A DNA stretch of 64,000 bases from a candidate division FCPU426 bacterium (GTDB lineage Bacteria; Oederibacteriota; Muellerivitia; Muellerivitales; Muellerivitaceae), in NCBI GenBank assembly GCA_963796105.1, contig CAWCKJ010000003.1, positions 768,001-832,000 of the forward strand, in the 5' to 3' direction. A program made the position numbers and the translations under genes. Position 1 is the stretch's first letter. Each line of letters opens with the position of its first letter. Under the pieces are notes generated by a model that was given only the letters and a program-made list of their open reading frames with translations, was not told where the DNA came from and did not search any database. Of the stretch, positions 32,134 to 41,956 are shown piece by piece.

Positions 32134-32372
32134 GATTTCGTCCTAAGAGAGTTCTACGGCGTTAACTCGGAGCCATCGAAGGCCATATAAACCCAACCAA
32201 CTATTTTCAAGTTTATCATACCGGGTGATGCCAATGGGTCATCACAAACCAAACACAGACTGTCCCCAAAATAGGGCACAGAACATCCCAGGCATTATTG
32301 GAATCCAAGTGAAAACTTCCAGGGGTTACATTTAAGTACCGGCGGAAATAAGACGGGGCGGGAGGCGCGGAT

Positions 32373-35300
32373 TTATCTTAAGACCAATAGCTTTTGGACC
32401 GATCTGCCTTCGGAAGTGTGAATCACAACATAATATAGGCCGCTTGCCAGGGGTTTATTCCAATTATCCACTAACTGGATGGGAATAACCCCCCAGGGCA
32501 TCGACGGATAATTTTTCTCCTGAACTTTCCGGAAGGCAATGGTGAATATCTGCAGTTTCACGTCCGACAATCCCTTATAGACCGGCGGCAAGACACTGAC
32601 TGGGCCGTTTCCATCCGAGGGATTGGGATACAGGTGGGATGAAGCCGTTCCGGGGGTTGGTGTTGAGGAATGGGTATTCGCCGGACTGTTGGTGAAGGTA
32701 GGCGTTGGCGTGTCAGTCAAGGTAAAAGTCGGGGTGGAAGTAGCCGTGGTTGTGGGTGTAGAAGTGGCGGTAATGATGGATGTTAGTGTAGAGGTAGCTG
32801 TGAATGTGTTGGTCGGCGTGCTCGTGGATGAAAGAGTGCCTGTATTGGTAAAGGTCGCCGTGGGTTTCTCTGTGGGCGTAAAGGACATTGTATTCGTTAA
32901 TGTGCTGGTGGGCGTGCTCGTGAGAGTGTTTGTGAAAGTGGAGGTCGATGTCCGAGTTGGGGTGGAAGAAGGGGTGTAAGTAGGTGTCGAGGTTGGAGTA
33001 TTTGTGGGTGTCGGGGTAGGTGTGTTCGTCGGCGTATATGTGGATGTGGCAGTGAGTGTAGGTGACGATGTAGGCGTCATCGTGGGTGAAGCCGTCGGGG
33101 TAAAGGTAATAGTCGGCGTATTCGTGGGTGGAAGGGTGCCTGTGTTGGTGCTGGTCAGTGTAAGGGTCCATGTCAGGGTATTGGTTATGGTCTCCGTAGG
33201 TGTATTCGTCCTGGTCAAAGTGGCTGTGGCTGTCAAAGTATTGGTCAGGGTATTGGTCGATGTTGGCGTTTCTGTCATCGTGCTTGTGACCGTGGGGGAA
33301 GGAGAAGCGGTGAGCGTGGGCGATGGCGTAGCCGTCCTTGTGAAAGTGAGAGTCATAGTATAGGTGGGTGTGCTTGTTATCGTAGAGGTAGCAGTGCTTG
33401 TGGGGGTATTCGACCTTGTGTTCGTCGGAGAATTGGTTGGAGTGTGCGTTAATGTGCTCGTCCAAGTTTCAGTGGCCGTATTTGTGGGAGTATTTGTGAA
33501 AGTGGGAGTCGATGTGCGCGTCGGGGTGGGAGTATCCGTGTAAGTGGGTGATAGAGTCGGTGTATTTGAAGGTGTCGGTGAAGGCGTGATCGTCGGCGTA
33601 TTCGTGGGCGTTCGGGTCATAGTCGGGGTAAGGGTTGTAGTCGGCGTACTCGTGGGTGACTGTGTCCCGGTCGGGGAATTCGTCGGCGTGGGTGTCGGGG
33701 TTGTGATAGGCGTCCGGGTCGGGGTAGATGTGGGGGTATTAGACAGTGTTGAAGTCGGCGTGGAAGTTGGTGTCAAAGTGGCGGTGGGGGTCCTGGTCAA
33801 GGTGCTCGTTTGAGTGGGAGTGGAGGTTGTTGTCGGGGTAGGCGTGGGCGAGTTCGTGGGAGTATTGGTCGTTGTTGGCGAAGCGGTGAGGGATGCCGTA
33901 GGCGTCATCGAAGCAGTTGAAGTATTCGTCGGTGTAGGCGTCGGCGTCGGGGTAAATGTAGGCGTCCTCGTGGATGTAAGCGTCGGAGTATTGGTGGATG
34001 TCATCGTGGCCGTGCTTGTCATTGTGGGGGTATTGGTAGGGGTCGAAGTCCTCGTGGGAGTGTTGGTGAAAGTAAAAGTTGGAGTAACGGTCGGAGTTGA
34101 AGTCGAGGTGGGCGTAGGAGTCCTGGTCGGGGAAATCGTCAAGGTGTTGGTATACGACAGGGTCCCTGTGGGTGTGTTGGTGGGGGAAGGTGTGGTGGTC
34201 GGCGTATTGGTTTGAGTGGGAGTAGATGTATTCGTCATTGTGGAAGTAGGGGTAGGAGTCATCGTTCTAGTTGGAGTGTTTGTCGGAGTTGGGGTCGGAG
34301 TATTCGTGGGAGTAAGGGTGGGCGTCCTCGTGGGAGTAGAAGTGGATGTTGTCGTTGAGGTTGGAGTCAGGGTATTAGTAGGTGTCAAAGTTGTCGTGTT
34401 TGTCGGGGTTGAAGTGGAAGTCACCGTGGGAGTGGGAGTCGAAGATCTGGTTGGAGTCGGCGTAGGCGAAGGGGTGTCAGTTGGTGTTGGAGTGGCTGTA
34501 TTTGTGGGCGTAGGAGTTGATGTCCTAGTTGGGGTAGGCGTTGAGGTAGACGAAGGGGTCAGAGTCAAAGTCATGGTCATCGTCGGCGTACTCGTTGGTG
34601 TTCGGGTCGAAGTTGGCGATGCCGTATAAGTAGCCGACGATGTGAGGGTCGCCGAAGCCGTTGGGGTATTGGTCCTGGTCAATGTGGGGGTTGGGGTAGC
34701 GGTATTGGTGGACGTGCCGGTTGGGGTATTCGTCGGCGAGAATGTAACTGTATATGTGGGTGTGTTCGTCCGGGTGGGTGTGGCGGTGGTTGTCGGGGTA
34801 GGCGTGGGTGAAACCGTCGCCGTATAGGTTCTGGTACTTGTGGATGTCGTGGTTGGGGTAGGCGTTGAGGTAGACGAAGGGGTCAGAGTAAGTGTCATCG
34901 TAGGCGTATTCGTCGATGTGCGAGTTGGGGTTGGTGAAGCTGTATAAGTAGCCGTCAATGTTGGGGTCGCTGAAGCCGTCGAAGTGTTGGTCCTGGTCAC
35001 AGTAGGGGTTGAGGACGCTGTGTTGGTGGACGTGCTGGCCGGGGAGTTCGTCGGCGTATAAGTAACCGTATTTGTAGGCGTGGACGTCCGGGTCGTGGTT
35101 GGGGTGGCAGTTGGAGTGTTAGTCAAGGTGAAGGTCGGCGTGGGTGAAACCGTAGGCGTGTTGGTCCTGGTGCTGGTCGCAGTCATGGTTGAAGTCAGGG
35201 TGCTTGTGTTTGTAGGCGTGTTTGTCCGGGTCGTGGTTGGCGTGGTTGTTGGAGAGTTTGTTAATGTCAGGGTTGGAGTGGGCGAAACCGTAGGCGTGTT

Positions 35301-37067
35301 TGTCCTGGTACTGGTTGCAGTCATAGTGGAAGTCAAGGTGCTTGTGTTCGTCGGAGTGCTGGTCCTTGTCGCGGTATTCGTGAAAGTGCCGGTTGCGGTG
35401 TTGGTCGGGGTATTGGTCCGGGTGTTGGTCAAGGTGATGGTCGGCGTCTGGGTGGGAGTGTTTGTGAGGGTGTTTGTCCTCGTATTCGTGGGGGAAATGG
35501 TCGGTGTCGGGGTCATGGTCCTCGAAGGCGTGTTGGTGGCCGTGCTCCCCGCGGTGCAAACCACCGAGATGGAAATGCTGTTGCTGGTCACGGGTCCCCC
35601 TCCACCCCAGCTTGCGATTCCCGCGTCGGTAACCACATTGCAGTAGTCGTTCGAATTGGCGCTGTAGGAACCCACGGTAAAGGTGACCGGCACGCAGGCC
35701 CCCCCGGGCAGGTTGCTCACCACCCAGCTCAGGTTCGGGTAGGCCGTGCTCGTGGGGTTGATCGTCACCGCCGCGCCCGACACCGTCACGGTCCAGGTGC
35801 TGTAGCCAGGACCCTGGAAGGCCCAACTTAGGGGATTGGTGATACTGTCCGTGACCGTGACCGAATTCGCCGTGACCGATCCCGATGCGTTGCAAACATT
35901 CAGGGTCATTGTGATGGCGCCGCTGTCCGAATAGTTGGAAGTGGGTCCTCCCGTGGTCTTGGTCAGGGTGATCTTGGGCGGAACCGTGGGGGTGAAAGTC
36001 GGTGTAATCGTAAAGGTGTTGGTGATGGTCGGTGTGTTGGGGGGCGTCAAATAACACCCGATCATCTGCCCGGTTGTCGTGCCGGGAGGGGAAGCCTCAG
36101 TCGGGCTGTAGGTATTGCAGTTCACCGAGACCGTAACGTTATTGTTCGGTTCATAGCTGGTGATTTGGAAGTAGAGGGCGCTTCCTTGGAGCACGCTGAC
36201 ACTGGCATTATTCCACATATTGGGATTCTGGTGCGAATCAACCCGGGAAAGGGCGGTAAAGGGCCCATTTGAGCTAGCGCTATAACCCACAGCCTGGATT
36301 GGAAAGAGAGCGTCCAGGAACATGAGAGGGTTATAGGAAGCTTGGGCGCTGGTGGCCCACTCATAGGCGATATCGCCTCCCGTGTTGCCGAATGTGATGG
36401 AGGCGTTGCCGGTCTTGGGGCAGGGGACAAAACTCCACTGGACAGTCGAGCCGTCCCGGCCGGTCGTATCGGTATTGGCCGGGAAACTGCCGGTACAACT
36501 CGGGCTCCCGCAGGCCAGGATTTGATAGGGAGTCTGGGCCAAGTCCAAATGGTAGGAGCCGTTCCAGCAATTTAAAAGGTTCTGACTTCCTTGCGGGCAT
36601 TCATCCACAATCATAACTGTAACAGAGTAGCCGTTTGCGGTGTTCGTCAAAGCAGCGCAGGCACCGCAGGGATATGCGCCCACACCACCGCCATTGCCGT
36701 TGGCCGCCGCCGTGTCTCCATAGTCATAACTATCAATGGCGGCGAAATAATTAGGGTCATAAGTGCCGATGGGGTATCCGCAGGCGGAGGGGGAACCCGG
36801 AACCGAGAACCATGTCGGTTGGTTCTCCTGGAAAACGACTTGGGTATCGCTGGGACAAAAAATGGGGGTTGTCATCAAGGTTGGAATCGCGATCGCGGTG
36901 GTACTGCAAGTGTATGTAACGGGAGTTCCTGCGGCAAAGGAGGAACCTTGATTATTCGCGTAAAACAAAAACCCCATAACCGCCAACCTCAAAAAGCGAT
37001 TTAAAGGCACAATGGGATAAAGCGCTTTCAGGCTCCAATTATTTTTGTCAGATTTAACCGGTTTCAT
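32373..37067 (-). CDS. Giant secreted expansin-like protein with DUF11-like domain, Pro/Thr stalk and T9SS-like C-terminal domain
   Basis: CGAC...[10 protein letters not shown]...HLDLA...W.FVPCP (DPBB expansin domain), a second domain ending N.W, ~950-aa PT tract, LYPNP...IFTIAFRKV...LASGLYY; start uncertain. Confidence 0.82.
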   Translation of the reverse strand: MKPVKSDKNNWSLKALYPIVPLNRFLRLAVMGFLFYANNQGSSFAAGTPVTYTCSTTAIAIPTLMTTPIFCPSDTQVVFQENQPTWFSVPGSPSACGYPIGTYDPNYFAAIDSYDYGDTAAANGNGGGVGAYPCGACAALTNTANGYSVTVMIVDECPQGSQNLLNCWNGSYHLDLAQTPYQILACGSPSCTGSFPANTDTTGRDGSTVQWSFVPCPKTGNASITFGNTGGDIAYEWATSAQASYNPLMFLDALFPIQAVGYSASSNGPFTALSRVDSHQNPNMWNNASVSVLQGSALYFQITSYEPNNNVTVSVNCNTYSPTEASPPGTTTGQMIGCYLTPPNTPTITNTFTITPTFTPTVPPKITLTKTTGGPTSNYSDSGAITMTLNVCNASGSVTANSVTVTDSITNPLSWAFQGPGYSTWTVTVSGAAVTINPTSTAYPNLSWVVSNLPGGACVPVTFTVGSYSANSNDYCNVVTDAGIASWGGGGPVTSNSISISVVCTAGSTATNTPSRTMTPTPTISPTNTRTNTLTNTPTQTPTITLTNTRTNTPTNTATGTFTNTATRTSTPTNTSTLTSTMTATSTRTNTPTVSPTPTLTLTNSPTTTPTTTRTNTPTNTSTLTSTMTATSTRTNTPTVSPTPTFTLTNTPTATPTTTRTSTPTNTVTYTPTNSPASTSTNTASSTPTVTRTNTSTASATPTLTATYTASPTPTRTSTNTPTMTLTLTPSSTSTPTPTTTSTSTRTYTATVSPTPTPTTTATPTRTNTPTYTVTFSPTNTPTGTSTNTATPTPTLTRTNTPTASATLTSSATYTASPTSTRTPTSTPTMTMTLTLTPSSTSTPTPTRTSTPTPTNTATPTPTDTPSPTPTPTRSSTPTPTVTSTSTPTNTTTLTPTNTLTPTSTTTSTSTPTRTPTLTPTNTPTPTPTNTPTRTMTPTPTSTMTNTSTPTQTNTPTTTPSPTNTPTGTLSYTNTLTISPTRTPTPTSTSTPTVTPTFTFTNTPTRTSTPTNTPTMTSTATMTSTNTPTLTSTRTPTFTPTPTPTPTNTSTASMTPTASLTASPTTTNTPTNSPTPTPTTTSTPTQTSTLTRTPTATLTPTSTPTSTLSNTPTSTPTRTPITTPTPTPTNSPTGTQSPTSTPTTTLTPTMTRTPTNTPTITPSPTPSNTPTLSPTYTDTPTPTRTSTPTFTNTPTNTATETWTSTLTHTPTNSPTNTRSNTPTSTATSTITSTPTYTMTLTFTRTATPSPTLTASPSPTVTSTMTETPTSTNTLTNTLTATATLTRTNTPTETITNTLTWTLTLTSTNTGTLPPTNTPTITFTPTASPTMTPTSSPTLTATSTYTPTNTPTPTPTNTPTSTPTYTPSSTPTRTSTSTFTNTLTSTPTSTLTNTMSFTPTEKPTATFTNTGTLSSTSTPTNTFTATSTLTSIITATSTPTTTATSTPTFTLTDTPTPTFTNSPANTHSSTPTPGTASSHLYPNPSDGNGPVSVLPPVYKGLSDVKLQIFTIAFRKVQEKNYPSMPWGVIPIQLVDNWNKPLASGLYYVVIHTSEGRSVQKLLVLR
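32645..35545 (-). repeat. Pro/Thr/Ser-rich low-complexity coding repeat
   Basis: TPT/TNT/TST repeats including duplicated blocks; boundaries approximate. Confidence 0.9.
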
Positions 37068-37546
37068 TTTTTTATAAATACCTTGCAATGATTTTATTCG
37101 CTATCGCTTGATAAGCAAATATTTCCGGAGGAGATTACCAGCAAAGCTTACCGCATTTGGTTTCTTTTGGGGTAATGAAACCGCGATAGGTTTATCGATC
37201 AAGTTGAACTAAAAAATCTTAATTGCTGCTTTTGGCGCCGCTTCATGAATGACATAAGTGTGTTGCGAACGCTAATCCCCCAGCCGTTTGCCAAGTCCGA
37301 TAACGAAATTCCCACTGAGAAATTCTTATCGTTGATCCTCCGTCAACCCAACCCACCAACCGTTGTGACGATAAACATGAGTTATTTATCGTTTGCCCCT
37401 AATGATCACATTTAAATTTGATTAATCGGCGGATTAGAGATAGCTTTTAACAAAGAGGTACAGGGTGCTTATTCCGCGGACTCATTCCCAAAAAGTTTTC
37501 AACTTTCCCCAGAAAATATTTTATTGCCTCTCCTTAAAAGGCGCCC

Positions 37547-37831
37547 ATGTATAAAAAATCCCTGATCACCCTTATTTTGGACGCCAATTTAAATAAGAAC
37601 GCGTTGGAACATGTCTACTCGAAACCGGAATCAAAGAATGAGTCAAAACTCTCGAAGGAAGCCCTCCTTGCCAGCCACCAAGCCGTATTCAAGGATTTAG
37701 TCCGTTATATCACCTCGATCATCCGCCATAAAATCAACGACAGCCTCTCGGACGAGGAACATGCCCATATCCGAAGCCGTGTCGAGAATTTCCTTGTGGA
37801 GCACGGCATACAAATCAACCGCTATAACTGA
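37547..37831 (+). CDS. Hypothetical protein
   Basis: 94-aa ORF, AAGG RBS, no recognised motif. Confidence 0.55.
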   Translation: MYKKSLITLILDANLNKNALEHVYSKPESKNESKLSKEALLASHQAVFKDLVRYITSIIRHKINDSLSDEEHAHIRSRVENFLVEHGIQINRYN

Positions 37832-37856
37832 AATCCCGGCTTCGAGAGTCAAAAAT

Positions 37857-37886
37857 AAAAAAACGGCCGGAAATTATCCGGCCGTT
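37857..37886 (-). terminator. Intrinsic terminator
   Basis: AACGGCCGGA-AATTA-TCCGGCCGTT with an adjacent A-tract. Confidence 0.75.
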
Positions 37887-37912
37887 CAGCAAAACTAATC
37901 GGGATTTATTGA

Positions 37913-38128
37913 TTAATGGACGTCCGCGGGATGGGCATCATCATGATGCTCTTCCTTTTTCAATTCATGCTTTGCAATTTTATGGTGGTGCCTTTTTTTC
38001 TTCTTTAGAACTTTATGTATTTCTTTTTGGTCCTTATGCTCGCCCGGATGATCCATTTCATCTGCCATTGTGATTCCAACGCTTCCTAAAAACAAAACTC
38101 CAAGCAAAACCAAGAATAAACGTTTCAT
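37913..38128 (-). CDS. Small secreted His/Lys-rich protein
   Basis: GAGGAGG RBS, signal peptide MKRLFLVLL...TMA, His-rich tail. Confidence 0.7.
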   Translation of the reverse strand: MKRLFLVLLGVLFLGSVGITMADEMDHPGEHKDQKEIHKVLKKKKRHHHKIAKHELKKEEHHDDAHPADVH

Positions 38129-38222
38129 TCTTCCTCCTCGAAAATTTATCCAGCCTTTGGGGCACTTTACCACGATCGGATTAAAAAAGCTTTAATTTGG
38201 TTATCTCAATCAAAAAAAGATT

Positions 38223-39731
38223 TTAGCGAATGATTGTTAGTTTTCTCGTAATCGACTGGTTTGCGGCGGTCACACTGCATAGGTAGGTCCCGCTGGCTAA
38301 ATTTTGTCCCGCCAGGTTGGATAAATCCCAATCCAAGGTGTTGGTTCCCACTTGGGTCTGGGACGCCGTCAGGTCCTTGCTCCAAACCTTTTCCCCCGTC
38401 AGGTTGAAAACCTTGATGGAGACAGGCATCGGCGAGGGCAGATCGAACCGGACCTTGACGGTTCCCCCGTGGGCCGGGTTGGGATAGCAATAGGTGGTAT
38501 TCGTTGAGAAGGTAAAGTTCCCGTTTTGAGAGACTCCCGTGGGTGTGGGCGTGGGCTCATCGCCCCCTCTCACCGATAGCACCTTGAGGGAATTGGACCT
38601 CATGTGGCTGGTCACGATGGTTTTCGAGTTCCTGTCTGCGCCGTTCAATACAACCACTTCCACCGGGCCGAAACCGTTTCCCGATTCCTCCGCCACCTTG
38701 AGGGTGCTGGAAATTTGGAATTGCTGGCCTGTCCATTGGAAAATGTCCAGTGTGTCGGAATCGCGGTTAGCCGCAATGATGGCCTTGCCTGACCCTAAAT
38801 CCGCCACCGTGAGGCCATTGGGATGGCTTCCGCTGGTGGATAACGGTGCCTGGGCCGCGAGCGTACCGTCGGCTTGCTGGAGATAAACCTGCACGGTGTT
38901 GCCTGAGAAATTCGCCACCACCAAATCGGTTTTTCCATCGTGGTTCAGGTCAGCCATCCTCAAATCAGAGGGCGCGCTTCCATCTGGAAGATTGAGTGTT
39001 TCCAAATGCGTGTAGGCCGAGGGATTATCCGAATTCACCGACAATACCTCGATCTTGTTCGCTGGCAGGCAGGCTACCGCGATCTCGTTGAATCCGTCCC
39101 CGTTCAAATCCCCGATGGCAACCTGTGTCGGTCCATCCGGCATGGGGATATCGGTCCTGGTTCCCAATTTCCCATCCTTCACGGGATAAATGGACAAACT
39201 GGCTGAGCCATAGTCCGCTACCGCCACGAAAGCGGCTCCGCCCGGGCGGGTAAAACCAGCCGCTACCCCGACGGGCAATTTCAAGGTGGGCGCCTCGTCG
39301 GCTTTCATGAACTTTCCGCCCTGCCATTCGAATATTTGGACCAAGCCCGCGTCATAGCCCGTGACCACGATATCATCCCGGTTTTTCCCTTTTAATCTCA
39401 AAGATGCCAAACCCCTGGGGCTCGCGGCCGTAGGTATAGTGGCGGCCAGAGTTAATCCGTTCGGGGACGGAGCGAAAACCTGAAGGGTCGAGTTTTGGGC
39501 GACTAAAAGGGAAGCAGGAGTGGATTGGCCGATGTATGTGGGCGAGCCGAAGTTTGCCACGATTAAATCCTCAACGCCTTTGCCGAAAACATCCCCTGTC
39601 CCGAGACCCCTGGGACTTGTTCCAGCGTCAAGTGAAACCACCGGAGATTGGAATGCCGCGTCCGCCAGGGCCAAAGCCGGCGTGATAAGCAAAGCGAAAA
39701 TAAACATTTTTAAGCTGTTTTTCATAGTCAT
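38223..39731 (-). CDS. Secreted FG-GAP/VCBS beta-propeller protein with T9SS/FlgD-Ig-like C-terminal domain
   Basis: GDLNGDG and ADLNHDGKTDLVVAN repeats; short PTPTPT linker; CYPNP...WD...LASGTY. Confidence 0.82.
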   Translation of the reverse strand: MTMKNSLKMFIFALLITPALALADAAFQSPVVSLDAGTSPRGLGTGDVFGKGVEDLIVANFGSPTYIGQSTPASLLVAQNSTLQVFAPSPNGLTLAATIPTAASPRGLASLRLKGKNRDDIVVTGYDAGLVQIFEWQGGKFMKADEAPTLKLPVGVAAGFTRPGGAAFVAVADYGSASLSIYPVKDGKLGTRTDIPMPDGPTQVAIGDLNGDGFNEIAVACLPANKIEVLSVNSDNPSAYTHLETLNLPDGSAPSDLRMADLNHDGKTDLVVANFSGNTVQVYLQQADGTLAAQAPLSTSGSHPNGLTVADLGSGKAIIAANRDSDTLDIFQWTGQQFQISSTLKVAEESGNGFGPVEVVVLNGADRNSKTIVTSHMRSNSLKVLSVRGGDEPTPTPTGVSQNGNFTFSTNTTYCYPNPAHGGTVKVRFDLPSPMPVSIKVFNLTGEKVWSKDLTASQTQVGTNTLDWDLSNLAGQNLASGTYLCSVTAANQSITRKLTIIR

Positions 39732-39853
39732 AATTCCTCCTTGAATCTAAATACCCCTAAAAGTTATCACAAAGACCGCAAAAATTAAACTGGTGAACCT
39801 TGGCTAAAATTTAATTGATTTACAAAATCAAGGCCATTCGTGGAATATCCAGG

Positions 39854-41125
39854 TCATGCCAACCGGTATAACCCAACCCCGTGGGGAGAAAGCATGATCA
39901 AGCTGTCGTCCTCAACGCCAAGAAGTAGTTCCCCGCTCCAAAGGTCTTTCATGTTCGGGGCCGTCTTCAACCCCAATTCCCGCCAGGGGATGGATACCGT
40001 CATTTCATCCTCGCCCAAGTTGAAAAAGGCTAGGTAACTGACCTTTGGGTCCGGGGAATCCGCCGCCCAGGCGACGAGGTCCCCCATCTCGAAAAGCTCC
40101 CGGTTATTCAGGCTCTTCTGGTTGATTTCCAACAGATCCCGGTTCGCCAGGAGCGCGTAGGTGAAATCGTCCAGGCTGGGCAGATCCCCTCCCATCATGA
40201 GGGGGGACCTGAAAATCGCCCAGAGGCTCATCAAGGTTTTCTGCTCATCGGGGGTCAATCGGTTTTTCCAGCCCTCCTTGCCTTCCTTCCAAATAACCAA
40301 GCGGCCAAGCGGGAGCATGTCCAGGTCCGGCCAATGCCCCGGCCCTGACCTTCCCTGCCAAAGGCGGGCGGTCTGGAACTGGCGCTTTAATTGGCCCCAC
40401 TCGTCCCAGACATCGTCCGAAAGGCGCCACATCTGGGCGTGGCCCCCCAGGTGTTTCTCGAATGCCGTCGTGACGATCTGCCCCCCGGGGGAAAGGCTCA
40501 GGACCATTTCCCTCCCGCATTTCCCGATGGCCTTGGCCATGGCCTCAAGCTCGTCAGCCTGGTAAACAGGCGAGAGCATGTCATCGGCCTTCACGAAGTC
40601 CACGCCCCATTGGGCGTAAAGCTTGAATATGGAATCGTAATAATCCTGGGCGCCGGGCTTTTTCATGTCCACCCCGAACATGTCGGGATTCCAGGGGCAG
40701 AGGCTGTCGGGATTGGCGATATCCCCCGCGTGGAGGGCTGAATCCAAGATAGGGGTATTCTGGGTGACCGCCTGTTTGGGGATGCCCCTCATGATATGGA
40801 TGCCGAACTTGAGGCCCAGGGAATGGATGTAGTCCGCCAAGGGTTTAAACCCGGCGCCGTCCTTCGAGGAGGGGAAACGGTTAGGCGCGGGGATCAGCCT
40901 GCCCCATTCGTCCATCTCCAGGTAAGCCCCGGGTTGGTAGCTGTGGCCCTTGGAATCCAGTCCGGACCACTGGATGTCCACCACAATATATTCCCAGCCA
41001 TAGGCCAGGAGGCGCTTTTTCATCACCCTGACATTGGCCCTGACTTGCGCTTCCGTAACGGCAGTGCCGTAGCAGTCCCAGCTGTTCCAACCCATTGGGG
41101 GTTTCAAGGCAATGGAAGGGGCCAT
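39854..41125 (-). CDS. GH27 glycosidase (alpha-galactosidase family)
   Basis: PPMGWNSW, VDIQW, DFVKADD, WRLSDD, PDLDML; no signal peptide. Confidence 0.92.
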   Translation of the reverse strand: MAPSIALKPPMGWNSWDCYGTAVTEAQVRANVRVMKKRLLAYGWEYIVVDIQWSGLDSKGHSYQPGAYLEMDEWGRLIPAPNRFPSSKDGAGFKPLADYIHSLGLKFGIHIMRGIPKQAVTQNTPILDSALHAGDIANPDSLCPWNPDMFGVDMKKPGAQDYYDSIFKLYAQWGVDFVKADDMLSPVYQADELEAMAKAIGKCGREMVLSLSPGGQIVTTAFEKHLGGHAQMWRLSDDVWDEWGQLKRQFQTARLWQGRSGPGHWPDLDMLPLGRLVIWKEGKEGWKNRLTPDEQKTLMSLWAIFRSPLMMGGDLPSLDDFTYALLANRDLLEINQKSLNNRELFEMGDLVAWAADSPDPKVSYLAFFNLGEDEMTVSIPWRELGLKTAPNMKDLWSGELLLGVEDDSLIMLSPHGVGLYRLA

Positions 41126-41180
41126 GATGAAATTTTTTCCTTTCAGAAATTAAGGAATAGAGGTTAGCGCGGATGAGTTT

Positions 41181-41885
41181 CTATTGGCTTAGCTGGGCCT
41201 TAAGGATGGCGTGAAGCTTTTGGTCCACGTATTGCATGGACCAGAAGTGCTTCGGGTTGAGGCTGAACTCGTCATTGCATGCCTTGCAGTCGATGGTTTT
41301 AGCCCTGCAAACCTTGTCGAATTGGGCCATGTTCAGGATCACGAAATGGAATTCCATGACCTTGTCCTTCATGGCCTTCGAGTCGTACTGCTCGTCTGTC
41401 CAGGGCATGGCAGCGTCATCCACCAGCCAGGCGAAAGTCTTGCAGGTTTTCCAGCGCCAATCATCGGAAGTGGAAACGAATATCAATCGGATCTCCGGCT
41501 GGTCTCCGTCCTCCGAGCCCTTATCCGGGATCGCGCAAATGAGGTTGAACCTGATCCCTGTGGGACTGCCCTTCGAGTCCTTCAAGGGAAGCTGTTCGAC
41601 GCTGAAATTGTTATCCAGGGTGATCTTCGTGATCTTCTTGAACTTGTCGTGTTTGACAATGAAACGGCTCGAGTTGGCCCGAATGAAATCATCGAATTCG
41701 GAGCTGGTGAACTGCGGAACCTCCCCCGCCGTTTGGGCGTTGAGCGTGACAGGCTGGGCGACCACCGCTGGCAGACCCACCTCGGTGGGTGTGGGTACCG
41801 GGGCCGGGATGGAGTTGCTCGCGTCCTGGGCCAGGCCAAAGGCCGGCAAAATCGCGAATAAAAGCAAGGAAAGATTCATTTTCAC
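41181..41885 (-). CDS. Secreted hypothetical protein
   Basis: GTG start after GAGGTG; signal peptide. Confidence 0.6.
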   Translation of the reverse strand: MKMNLSLLLFAILPAFGLAQDASNSIPAPVPTPTEVGLPAVVAQPVTLNAQTAGEVPQFTSSEFDDFIRANSSRFIVKHDKFKKITKITLDNNFSVEQLPLKDSKGSPTGIRFNLICAIPDKGSEDGDQPEIRLIFVSTSDDWRWKTCKTFAWLVDDAAMPWTDEQYDSKAMKDKVMEFHFVILNMAQFDKVCRAKTIDCKACNDEFSLNPKHFWSMQYVDQKLHAILKAQLSQ

Positions 41886-41956
41886 GGCGTCACCTCGCGA
41901 AGGAATTTCCTCAAGTATAACGGCATTCCCCACCCTGATTCAAAGGTTCTTGTGGG

